From Candidatus Omnitrophota bacterium (GTDB lineage: Bacteria; Omnitrophota; Gorgyraeia; 2-01-FULL-45-10), in NCBI GenBank assembly GCA_023818895.1, contig JAMWCX010000003.1, forward strand, positions 30,001 through 62,000: a stretch of 32,000 nt of DNA, in the 5' to 3' direction. Each line of letters opens with the position of its first letter. The first letter of the stretch is position 1. The notes below the pieces were generated by a model. That model ran no database searches, was not told the DNA's origin, and saw nothing but the letters and a program-made list of their open reading frames with translations. A program made the position numbers and the translations under genes. Below, piece by piece: positions 1 to 8,289 of the stretch.

Positions 1-373
1 CGTCGAAAACAACGGCTATAACACCGCCTTTGATGTTGTTGTCAACTATGGCGCTAGCCGCATGAGCCTCGTGGTGCTGGATATCAATTAGCTCGTAGAC
101 CATACGCTCCAGACCATGCATCTCCGCAAACCTGGTAGAGCAATAGTCCGGATGGTGGTCGCAGGCGATGACGCGAGGTCTTATAGATAGTCTCTTTTCG
201 GCCTGGATCACGGCATCCTCGTACCTGGCGAGATTGCCAAGCTGGCTTAAATCTCCGAATCCTTCGACCAAGTGAGCTTTATTTCCTTTCGCCAGCGCGA
301 ACGCGCCTTTAAGGTCAGCGCCTGTGGCGAGTATTGGTGCTTTGACATTGAACGGCAGATTTATAGTTTTCAT
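1..373 (-). CDS. HypF-like carbamoyltransferase, Kae1/TsaD-like C-terminal domain only (N-terminus in window, 3' end runs off the left edge)
   Basis: My own translation from ATG 373 gives MKTINLPFNVKAPILATGADLKGAFALAKGNKAHLVEGFGDLSQLGNLARYEDAV...IACDHHPDYCSTRF...IQHHEAHAASAIVDN. The HPDY.S and QHH.AH signatures match the HypF C-terminal module. An in-frame stop lies at 389-391 just upstream. The ORF is missing from the supplied track because it is open at the window edge. Confidence 0.6.
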   Translation of the reverse strand, partial: MKTINLPFNVKAPILATGADLKGAFALAKGNKAHLVEGFGDLSQLGNLARYEDAVIQAEKRLSIRPRVIACDHHPDYCSTRFAEMHGLERMVYELIDIQHHEAHAASAIVDNNIKGGVIAVVFD

Positions 374-382
374 AGTGTTAAT

Positions 383-391
383 ATTATATCA
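383..391 (-). promoter_or_regulatory. Candidate extended -10 promoter (TGATATAAT) for the HypF-like gene; implies a very short or absent leader
   Basis: The minus strand reads cTGaTATAAT, ending 9 nt before ATG 373. There is no Shine-Dalgarno sequence between it and the ATG, and no good -35. Confidence 0.3.
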
Positions 392-463
392 GATGGATGA
401 CTGTTAAAGGTATATTTTTCGGACCGTTAAACGCGCAAGATGAAAAATTTCTTTACTTTACAC

Positions 464-491
464 TTGACAAATAAAGCGGATGTGGTATATT
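464..491 (+). promoter_or_regulatory. Sigma70-type promoter for glnA (TTGACA-16 nt-TATATT)
   Basis: TTGACA at 464-469, a 16-nt spacer, then TATATT at 486-491. This leaves a leader of about 90 nt before GTG 589. Confidence 0.55.
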
Positions 492-588
492 TACGAATGT
501 AAACCATAACTATGATGGTATTTTTTAATGGTATGCGGTGCCTAATTTTTAAGCATCTCAAACCAAATCTAAGGAAAGGAGCTTTTAC

Positions 589-2118
589 GTGAAAGATGAT
601 TTCCTCACCCCTACCCAGCTTGCACGTATGATGGGAATATCGCGCCAGGCGGTTATAGACAAGATACAAAAAGGCCTTATAAACGCTACGAGAGTCGGCC
701 ATCAGTATATTATCGAGAAAAAGGAGCTTGACGGATTAAGAAAGAAGGGTTACGCCATACGCGAGGCGGGCTTAAAGAAGACGGCAAAGTCCGATAAAGA
801 CAACCGGGAAGATGTTATAAAAATGGTCAAAGATAACGATATCAATACAATCCAGCTCTGGTTTGTCGATATACTGGGCACACTTAAATGCGTCTCCGTA
901 ACCGCCAGGGACCTTGAAGAGGCCATATATCACGGCAAGGGTTTCGATGGTTCTTCGGTCACCGGTTTCGCTGAGGCGCAAGAATCTGACATAATCGCGA
1001 TGCCGGATGCATCAACCTTCCAGATATTGCCGTGGGAAGAATCCGCCACGCCGGTTGCAAGGCTTTTCTGCGACATACTAAATCCGGACAAAACACCATA
1101 TCCGGGTGACTCCAGATATGCCCTGAAGAGAAACCTTGAGAGAGCCCGAAAGATGGGTTATACCTATTATATAGGGCCGGAGCTAGAATATTTTTATTTC
1201 AAGACCGACAAGGCGCCCGAGATTCTCGATGAGGGAACCTATTTTGAGCTAATACCCAATGATCTTGCCGATGTTGTCAGAAACAAGACCGTGGATGTGC
1301 TGGAAGAAATGGGCATACCGATGGAAGCAAGCCATCACGAAGTAGCGCCATCACAGCACGAGATCGACCTAAAATACAACGAGGCCCTTACGATGGCCGA
1401 CAACATCATAACCGCCCGCTATTGCATAAAGGAGATAGCGAAAGCTCATGGCATATATGCCACTTTCATGCCAAAGCCGCTCTTTGGAGTCAACGGAAGC
1501 GGCATGCATGTCCACCAATCACTTTTCAAAGGAGACAAAAACGCCTTTTACGACAAGAACGACAGCTACCATCTATCCCCTGTCGCCAAGCAATTCATAG
1601 CAGGGCAACTGAGGCACGCCAGAGAGATATGCCTATTGAGCGCGCAATGGGTAAATTCCTACAAGAGGCTTGTGGCAGGATACGAAGCGCCTGTCTACGC
1701 CTCATGGGCGCAACGTAACAGAACGGCATTAATACGGGTTCCTCTATATAGGCCCGGCAACGAAAAGGCCACTAGAGCGGAGCTTCGCTGTCCGGATCCG
1801 TCATGCAATCCTTATCTTGCGTTCGCTGTCATGCTTGCGGCCGGTTTGGAGGGAATAGAGAAAAAATATAAATGCCCTGAACCGGTAGAGCCCAACATCT
1901 ACAAGATGGAGATGTCGGAACGGGAAACCAGAGGCCTTGTAGCGCTTCCTGGAAGCCTTTTCCAGGCTATAACCGAGACCGAAAAAAGCGCCGTAGTCAG
2001 AGAGGCCCTCGGGGAGCACATATTCTCGAGATTCTTGATAAATAAAAAGAAGGAATGGGAAGATTACCGAATACAGATTACGAGCCACGAAATAAAAAGA
2101 TATCTGGCGATACTATAG
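589..2118 (+). CDS. glnA: Glutamine synthetase (type I-like) with an N-terminal excisionase/MerR-superfamily HTH fused in frame
   Basis: GTG start with GGAG 7 nt upstream. Residues 1-50 (LTPTQLARMMGISRQAVIDKIQKGLINATRVGHQYIIEKKEL) read as a winged HTH. From about aa 72 the GS signatures follow: FDGSS, GPELEYFYF, HHEVAPSQHEIDLKY, KPLFGVNGSGMHVHQSL, WAQRNRTALIRVP, NPYLAFAVMLAAGLEGI. Confidence 0.9.
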   Translation: MKDDFLTPTQLARMMGISRQAVIDKIQKGLINATRVGHQYIIEKKELDGLRKKGYAIREAGLKKTAKSDKDNREDVIKMVKDNDINTIQLWFVDILGTLKCVSVTARDLEEAIYHGKGFDGSSVTGFAEAQESDIIAMPDASTFQILPWEESATPVARLFCDILNPDKTPYPGDSRYALKRNLERARKMGYTYYIGPELEYFYFKTDKAPEILDEGTYFELIPNDLADVVRNKTVDVLEEMGIPMEASHHEVAPSQHEIDLKYNEALTMADNIITARYCIKEIAKAHGIYATFMPKPLFGVNGSGMHVHQSLFKGDKNAFYDKNDSYHLSPVAKQFIAGQLRHAREICLLSAQWVNSYKRLVAGYEAPVYASWAQRNRTALIRVPLYRPGNEKATRAELRCPDPSCNPYLAFAVMLAAGLEGIEKKYKCPEPVEPNIYKMEMSERETRGLVALPGSLFQAITETEKSAVVREALGEHIFSRFLINKKKEWEDYRIQITSHEIKRYLAIL

Positions 2119-2161
2119 GAATTAAAAAGGCGGGCTAAATCACCTCTATCGCGATATTTTT
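2095..2161. terminator. Candidate bidirectional hairpin built from the 3' ends of convergent glnA and lpxI
   Basis: Imperfect inverted repeat: AAAAGATATCTGGCGATA (2095-2112) against TATCGCGATATTTTT (2147-2161). It gives 6 bp, a 2-nt bulge, then 9 bp, flanked by an A-run and a T-run. The loop is large (about 34 nt). The stop codons are only 16 nt apart. Confidence 0.3.
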
Positions 2162-2941
2162 CTCGTTCGCAAATTTAATCACCTCATCCCTGTCCAATAG
2201 AAATGTCCTGCCCGACTCAAGCGCAAGCGCCGTTCCACCGGCTTTAGCGAGCAGATGCACTGTCTCAAGGCCGACTGAAGGCACGTCAAAACGCATATCC
2301 TGATCGGGTCTGGCTACTTTAACCAGCACAAAACCTTTTTTCGAGATCTTACCCGCTCTTGTTATTACATCATCGGTCCCCTCGGCGGCTTCAAGCGCCA
2401 GCACGGTCTTCTTCTTTAACGCAACGGCCTGACCGATATCGAACCTGGCCAGATCCTTGGCTATCCTAAAACCATAGTTTATATCTTCCGCTTCTTCGGG
2501 ATCGGTTTTTCTTGCGGTAAGAGCCCCCTTCTGCGGGATAAGAAAGGAAATATACGGCGTAGGGTCGATTATCTCTATACCGAACTTACTAAGAAATGAG
2601 GCCGCTTTGTTAAGCATCGAATAATCCTTCATATCACCCAATGCTTTACCGGCAAACACCCTGACATCGGCATCAAGACTAGTGTCATCTCTTAAGAATA
2701 GCCCCTTGTCGATCTTGCCAAGAAGCGCTATTTTGTTTATCCTTTCAGCCACAACCGAAAGTATCGTCTTCTGTATGGCGCCCGGATCTATCCATATGAA
2801 TTTATCGACATGAGCTTCAAGAGCAGGATCAGTAAGGCCTCTTAGGCCTATACCGACTACTTTATCACCTTTTTGCCTTGCGGAGTCGGAAAATATGATA
2901 GGAAGCTTACCGCCTCCTCCTACGATCCCTATGCTGGCCAT
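2135..2941 (-). CDS. lpxI: UDP-2,3-diacylglucosamine pyrophosphatase LpxI (DUF1009 family)
   Basis: Start trimmed to MASIGIVGGGGKLPIIF. LpxI signatures are present: FDIGQAV, LEAAEGTDDVITRAG, VKVARPDQDMRFDVPSVG. It sits at the end of the lpx cluster. The track's longer start (3037) would overlap fabZ. Confidence 0.8.
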   Translation of the reverse strand: MASIGIVGGGGKLPIIFSDSARQKGDKVVGIGLRGLTDPALEAHVDKFIWIDPGAIQKTILSVVAERINKIALLGKIDKGLFLRDDTSLDADVRVFAGKALGDMKDYSMLNKAASFLSKFGIEIIDPTPYISFLIPQKGALTARKTDPEEAEDINYGFRIAKDLARFDIGQAVALKKKTVLALEAAEGTDDVITRAGKISKKGFVLVKVARPDQDMRFDVPSVGLETVHLLAKAGGTALALESGRTFLLDRDEVIKFANEKNIAIEVI

Positions 2942-2949
2942 TATTGTCT

Positions 2950-3420
2950 TTATTTGGACTCTTCCGGCTTTACAAAAGCGAACATCATATCTGCTTCGGC
3001 CGCGACCTCGCCTTCGACCTTCGCCACTCCGTGACACTGCATAATTCCCATCTTGCTCCTGCCAATATCGACCTCCAGCCGCAGCACGTCGCCTGGCACA
3101 ACAGGTTTGCGAAATTTCGCATTGTTAATACTAAGGAAGTAGGCGAGCTTTCCAATATTCTCAGCCATAGTTAGCGCTGCGCATCCCCCCGTCTGCGCCA
3201 TAGCCTCTAATATAAGCACGCCTGGCATTATAGGATGGCCGGGAAAATGCCCTTGGAAGAACGGCTCGTTTATAGTAACGTTTTTGATGCCTACCACTCT
3301 CTTCTCGTTAATCTCGACTATCTTGTCGACGAGGAGAAACGGGTAGCGGTGCGGAATTATCTTCTGAATCGTTGTTACATCAAGGGTCTTTCCTATTATG
3401 TCTTTGGCTTCTATTGGCAT
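2950..3420 (-). CDS. fabZ: 3-hydroxyacyl-ACP dehydratase FabZ
   Basis: [37 protein letters not shown]; hot-dog fold size (156 aa). Confidence 0.95.
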   Translation of the reverse strand: MPIEAKDIIGKTLDVTTIQKIIPHRYPFLLVDKIVEINEKRVVGIKNVTINEPFFQGHFPGHPIMPGVLILEAMAQTGGCAALTMAENIGKLAYFLSINNAKFRKPVVPGDVLRLEVDIGRSKMGIMQCHGVAKVEGEVAAEADMMFAFVKPEESK

Positions 3421-3472
3421 ACGTTCTCCTATTAATTAAAATTTTGTAAAGTTAATAATTACGTATTGTGCG

Positions 3473-4309
3473 TTACGCGCCCTGAATCGCCTTTAACTTC
3501 TTAACCATCTCCATATTAAGCTTATGGCCGCTTTTTATTGCCACAACGTAGCCTTTTATCTGAGCTCCCGCAAGATACAAATCCCCTATAAGGTCCAAGA
3601 CCTTATGGCGGGCCGGTTCATCCGGAAACCTCAAGGTATTTTTAATGGGGCCAGACGCTCCCATTACTAAGGTGTTCTCGTAATTCGCCCCTTTCCCCAA
3701 CCCCCTTTTAAGAAGTTCCAGGGCCTCCGCCTCGGAGCAAAAAGTCCTGGCAGGCGCTATCGCCTCCTCAAAGATCTTCTCATCAACTAACGCGCTAAAA
3801 TACTGGGCCCCTATACCTGGATAAGAAAGTGTATAAGAGACTTTGAAATAGGTATCTGGAAAGATCGCAAGCATCGAGTCTTGCGCAACACACCATACAA
3901 CATCGCGCACTTCCAGGTATCTCTTTGGGCTATCCTGCTCCAAAAAACCGGCTTTCTTTATAATATCGACGAATCCCTTGGCGCTTCCATCAAGGCCAGG
4001 CAGTTCCGAGTTATCGAGTTCGATAATGGCATTGTCTATCGAAAGTCCGGAAAGCGCCGCTAGAAGATGCTCAGTCGTTTGTACCTGAAGCGGTCCAAAC
4101 CCTAGGGCAGTCCTGCGCTCGGCCTGACAGACATCCGCAGGATCAAAAGAACCAACACAAATACGCGGCCTATCCGGGATGTCTGTCCTGGTAAAACTTA
4201 TGCCGCTACCAGCCGGGGCGGGCTTTATAGTCAGACTGACCTGATTACCGGTCTGGAGCCCTATACCCTCTATTGTTACAGGCTCCTTTATCGTCCTCTG
4301 CCGCATCAT
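3473..4309 (-). CDS. lpxC: UDP-3-O-acyl-N-acetylglucosamine deacetylase LpxC
   Basis: QRTIKEPVTIEGIGLQTG...SFTRTD, TTEHLLAAL, HKVLDLIGDL. Its start overlaps the lpxD stop by 4 nt. Confidence 0.95.
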   Translation of the reverse strand: MMRQRTIKEPVTIEGIGLQTGNQVSLTIKPAPAGSGISFTRTDIPDRPRICVGSFDPADVCQAERRTALGFGPLQVQTTEHLLAALSGLSIDNAIIELDNSELPGLDGSAKGFVDIIKKAGFLEQDSPKRYLEVRDVVWCVAQDSMLAIFPDTYFKVSYTLSYPGIGAQYFSALVDEKIFEEAIAPARTFCSEAEALELLKRGLGKGANYENTLVMGASGPIKNTLRFPDEPARHKVLDLIGDLYLAGAQIKGYVVAIKSGHKLNMEMVKKLKAIQGA

Positions 4310-5337
4310 CTTGACTCAAGCTCTTTTATCTTGGCTTCAAGAGCCCGGACGCGCTCAAATAACTTTGGAAGAAGCCCTATAGCCGCTATCGTGTCTTTCG
4401 CCTTTTCAATAGGTTTGGCTGGATAGCCGAAAAGTATCGTATTGGCGGGAAACGACTTGCTTATGCCTGTTTGCGCGCCCACTTTGACAAAGTCTCCCAG
4501 CTTAACATGGTCAGACACGCCTACTTGGCCTCCCAAAAATACGTTTTTACCAAGCTCGCTGGACCCCGCTATGCCGCTCTGTGCGGCAATTATACAATTG
4601 GGACCAATTACCACATTATGGGCTATCTGTACAAGATTGTCTATCTTCGAACCTTTACCTATGATAGTCTTGTCGAACCGCGCGCGATCTATCGTCACGC
4701 ACGCACCGATCTCGACATCATCCTCGATCATGATAGTTCCTATCTGAGGGATCTTTATCTGTATGCCGTTTTTATCCTGGAAATATCCGAAACCGTCTGA
4801 TCCGATGACGGAGCCGGCATGTATTATAACACGGTCTCCTATGGATATCGATTCCCGTATGGTTACATTCGGATAGAGGACGCACTTGGATCCTATTCGC
4901 GTCTTTCTTCCCACATAGCAGAAAGGATATATTATAGTGTCATTCCCAATATCAGCGCCTTCCTCTATAACCACATACGCACCAAGCGCGATCCCCCTGC
5001 CGAGCTTGGCGCCTTTAGCGATAACGGCTGTCGAGTGTATGCCCTTAGGATGCGGTACCCTGTTCGGCATAGCGAATTCTATTATCTTAGAATAGGCGGC
5101 CACAGGATCGTCTACCCTTATCACCGTGTTCTTATATGAACCTCGAAGGTTTTTCGGAATTATAAGGCAGGCGGCATTGGAACGGTCTATAAGGTCTTCG
5201 AAGCGTTCGTCAAGTATGAAGGCTAGATCATTGGGGCCTGCCTCTTTTGCGCCGTTTAAGTTATTTACCGTTCTCGAGCCATCTCCGGAAAGCTCACCGC
5301 CTACAAAAAACGCAACATCTCTTACCTTGACTTGCAT
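4306..5337 (-). CDS. lpxD: UDP-3-O-acylglucosamine N-acyltransferase LpxD
   Basis: 343 aa, with left-handed beta-helix hexapeptide repeats and a C-terminal coiled-coil tail. The position bamA-skp-lpxD is conserved. Confidence 0.95.
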   Translation of the reverse strand: MQVKVRDVAFFVGGELSGDGSRTVNNLNGAKEAGPNDLAFILDERFEDLIDRSNAACLIIPKNLRGSYKNTVIRVDDPVAAYSKIIEFAMPNRVPHPKGIHSTAVIAKGAKLGRGIALGAYVVIEEGADIGNDTIIYPFCYVGRKTRIGSKCVLYPNVTIRESISIGDRVIIHAGSVIGSDGFGYFQDKNGIQIKIPQIGTIMIEDDVEIGACVTIDRARFDKTIIGKGSKIDNLVQIAHNVVIGPNCIIAAQSGIAGSSELGKNVFLGGQVGVSDHVKLGDFVKVGAQTGISKSFPANTILFGYPAKPIEKAKDTIAAIGLLPKLFERVRALEAKIKELESR

Positions 5338-5359
5338 AACTTAAGTCCTTTATGACGAC

Positions 5360-5391
5360 AAGGCGCAAAGTGCGAAGACACTTTGCGCCTT
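5360..5391 (-). other. Perfect 13-bp stem hairpin between skp and lpxD (no U-tract)
   Basis: AAGGCGCAAAGTG-cgaaga-CACTTTGCGCCTT. It is not followed by a T-run on either strand. Confidence 0.4.
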
Positions 5392-5411
5392 ATCATAGCA
5401 CTCAAGATCCC

Positions 5412-5918
5412 TTACTTGTTAAGCCTGCTTAATATTTCATTAGTAAGGTCATACTGCTCGCCGCCGTAAAGCAACATCCGAGAATTTAGCACCATGTCGT
5501 ATCCGTTGGTCTTCGCATACTCTGTAACGACCTTTTCGATGTCTTTAAGGATATTGCCCAGCATGTCATTTCGCTCTTTCACAAGTTCATCACGGGTTAC
5601 CCTGTCGAAGTCCTGCAGGGCCTTTATCTTGTTATCTATTATGACTTGTTTATCGGCCTTGGCTTTCTCAGAAAGAAGCGCCTGCTCATCCTTAAGCTTC
5701 CTGAGCTCATCAACCATCTTCGTGCGTTCCGCCTCTTTACTTTTGCCCTTCTCTTCGAGTTTTTTCTCCGACTCCTTGGTCTTTTTGTACTCGTCGAAGA
5801 CCTTCGCCAAGTCCACATAGGCAATCTTATACTCTTTGGCCAAGGCAATATCTGCCGCGGATAACAATAATCCGCCTGCAAATATAACCGCCACTGCCAA
5901 TACCGCTATCCTGCCCAT
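5412..5918 (-). CDS. skp: Periplasmic chaperone Skp/OmpH
   Basis: Signal peptide (AVLAVAVIFAGGLLLSAADIALA), a K/E-rich coiled-coil body, 168 aa, located between bamA and lpxD. Confidence 0.85.
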   Translation of the reverse strand: MGRIAVLAVAVIFAGGLLLSAADIALAKEYKIAYVDLAKVFDEYKKTKESEKKLEEKGKSKEAERTKMVDELRKLKDEQALLSEKAKADKQVIIDNKIKALQDFDRVTRDELVKERNDMLGNILKDIEKVVTEYAKTNGYDMVLNSRMLLYGGEQYDLTNEILSRLNK

Positions 5919-5970
5919 CGTGCCCCTCCCTTTTTAATTTACTGTTAACCGATAACTATCAACCAACTAT

Positions 5971-8289
5971 TTAAAACCCGCGACTCATGCTGAAGTAAAA
6001 CTCACCTATACCTTTCTCATCATCATAATTTCCTACCAGAGGATAGCCCCAGTCCACTCTTACCGGTCCAAGGGGCGTCTTCACCCTGACACCAACGCCG
6101 GCCCCATACTTATAATTTCCACCTATTAGGAAATCACCGGCATCCGCCCAGCAGCCTCCTATATCATAAAAGACGGCTCCTTTTATTATCTTCTCGTACA
6201 CAGGAAATGTCAACTCGGCGTTTGCTATGGCTATGGCCTCACCGCCAACAGGCTCATTTGAACCTGGATCTCTGGGTCCAACCCTTCTTTCTTTATAACC
6301 TCTTATGGTATTGGCGCCGCCGGCGAAGAAGCGTTCATATATGGGCACCCAGCTTGAATTGCCATATGGCCTCGCGAGCCCTCCGCGGCCCTTTAGTTCC
6401 AGTGTAAGTTTATCGAGAAAAGTGTGGTAATAAGCGATAAGTCCTGTGCCCTTGAAGAAATCCTTATCCCCTCCAAGCCATCCTCCGGCCTCCTCCACCG
6501 AACCGTTCACTACCCATCCTCTTGTGGGGTTATATATGTTATCCCGGGTATCGAACGTAAGATCCAGAGTAAGACTTGATATCCAGTTAGACCCAAGTTC
6601 ACGGCTCAGCTCCTGTGAGGCGTTAGATACAAGGTCCGATATAGTAACCTCTTCCAACCTGTAGGTAAGCATACCTCTCAGAAGATCCGTAAATTCCTTG
6701 CCGAGCCTTAGGTCGCCGCCCATCCTCACCTCATCATACGCCCAGCCTATGTCTCCTCTCTTGTTGTGACTCATCCGATATACGTCAAAACCAAAGGAAT
6801 AGGGATACCCAAATATCCAGGGATCTGTCCAACCTATATTGAAGTTTGTGCGCGTCATACCGAGCTCGCCCTTTATTATGAGGTTCTGGCCGCCACCGGT
6901 AAACGTCGGGAAATTCATTATATCGAAATTTTTCTGTGTTATCTCGGTAAAGCCTATAAGCATGTCTATCGAGCTGTAGCCGCCGCCGAACGAGAATTCT
7001 CCAGTCTTCGTTTCCTTGACCGTCACTATTATATCGTGTACATTCGGTTTCTGTGTGGGCTCAGTGTCGAAATTGACGCTTTCGAAGAAACCAAGATTAT
7101 AAAGCCTTTCTTTTGAGCGCTTTATCTTGGCGCCGCTGAACCGCTGGCCGGGATATATTCTGATCTCTCTTCGGATGACCACCTCCCTGGTCCTGGTATT
7201 ACCACGTATATCTATCTTGCCAACATATACTGGTTCCTTGCCGTCAATCACATAGGTAACATCTATATCACCCGTCTGCTGATTCAGGCTTCTGTCAACA
7301 TCAAGGGTCATGTTCATATATCCCTGATCGTAATACAGCTGTTTGATCTCTGAGGCATCTTCCCTTAGGGCTTTGTTAGAGAACGGCTTGCCGGTCTTTA
7401 TCTTTATCTTTTTCCAAACGTCTTTTTCCGGCAAAACGAGATTACCCTTTACAGAAACAGCGCCGATAAGATATTGTTTTCCTTCGTTGATGTTTATAAC
7501 AATAGAGAGGGTAGAGCCATCGGGGCTGTAATTAAGTGTCGGGGTAACCTCGGCATCAAGATAACCTATGTCGTCGTAAAGAGATTTTACCCTGTCCATG
7601 TCATCCTGCAGAACATCTTCTTTGAATATCCCCGGATTGAATAGCCACGCCGGTTTTGTCTGAAGCACTTTTCTAATATCAGCCGTCTTTACAGCCTTAT
7701 TTCCGGCTATGGTGATTTTTGTAACCTTTACTTTTGTCTTCTCGTCTATAATTATGGTGACTGTGGCCTTGTTCGTGTCCTTGTCCACATCTATTTCGTA
7801 CTTAACATCAACCAGAGGGTATCCTTTCGTGACATAGAAATCCCTGATTTCAGCCACATCCTGGGCAAGCACAGCCAGATTCAGCATTTCATTGGGTTTC
7901 GATTTCATCATCGCTCTAAGCTTGGGCGCCCTGAAGGCGGTATTGCCTTTGAATTTTATATCCTCGATAACAGATTTTTCCTCCACAATGAATTTTACGA
8001 CAAGCCCTTCGGCTGAATCTTCCACATCTATAGTGATGTTCGCAAAATATTCCGTCGCGTATAATCTCTTAAGGTCGTCGTTAAGCACATCCTGTTTAAA
8101 AGAGTCGCCGGCTTTGGTCTTGATTTTCGAAAGTATTATCTCGGAGCTTATCGCCCTATTGTTCTCCACGCTGACGCTCGCTATCTTCTTACCTTCGTTT
8201 GCACCGTATTGCGCCATAGCCTTTTCAGCGGCCGGCAGCAACAGGAATGCGACGATGGCCAGGCCTGATAATAATTTAAATGATTTCAT
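5971..8289 (-). CDS. bamA: Outer membrane protein assembly factor BamA
   Basis: 772 aa. Signal peptide, repeated POTRA-like modules, and a C-terminal beta-barrel ending in ...GEFYFSMSRGF (terminal aromatic residue). Confidence 0.95.
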   Translation of the reverse strand: MKSFKLLSGLAIVAFLLLPAAEKAMAQYGANEGKKIASVSVENNRAISSEIILSKIKTKAGDSFKQDVLNDDLKRLYATEYFANITIDVEDSAEGLVVKFIVEEKSVIEDIKFKGNTAFRAPKLRAMMKSKPNEMLNLAVLAQDVAEIRDFYVTKGYPLVDVKYEIDVDKDTNKATVTIIIDEKTKVKVTKITIAGNKAVKTADIRKVLQTKPAWLFNPGIFKEDVLQDDMDRVKSLYDDIGYLDAEVTPTLNYSPDGSTLSIVININEGKQYLIGAVSVKGNLVLPEKDVWKKIKIKTGKPFSNKALREDASEIKQLYYDQGYMNMTLDVDRSLNQQTGDIDVTYVIDGKEPVYVGKIDIRGNTRTREVVIRREIRIYPGQRFSGAKIKRSKERLYNLGFFESVNFDTEPTQKPNVHDIIVTVKETKTGEFSFGGGYSSIDMLIGFTEITQKNFDIMNFPTFTGGGQNLIIKGELGMTRTNFNIGWTDPWIFGYPYSFGFDVYRMSHNKRGDIGWAYDEVRMGGDLRLGKEFTDLLRGMLTYRLEEVTISDLVSNASQELSRELGSNWISSLTLDLTFDTRDNIYNPTRGWVVNGSVEEAGGWLGGDKDFFKGTGLIAYYHTFLDKLTLELKGRGGLARPYGNSSWVPIYERFFAGGANTIRGYKERRVGPRDPGSNEPVGGEAIAIANAELTFPVYEKIIKGAVFYDIGGCWADAGDFLIGGNYKYGAGVGVRVKTPLGPVRVDWGYPLVGNYDDEKGIGEFYFSMSRGF

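Noticed and set aside
498-588. Possible glutamine (glnA-motif) riboswitch in the ~90-nt glnA leader
   Set aside because: The leader is AT-rich, and I found no helices or conserved G/C-rich core resembling that motif.
427-702. 91-aa minus-strand ORF across the glnA promoter and 5' end
   Set aside because: It overlaps the glnA promoter, leader and HTH-coding region in antisense. It has no RBS and an AT-rich junk-like composition.
2942-3037. Arg/Gly-rich 32-aa N-terminal extension of LpxI in the ORF track
   Set aside because: It overlaps the fabZ 3' end. The LpxI family begins at the GGG(K/A)LP motif right after Met at 2941, so the extension is an ORF-caller artefact.
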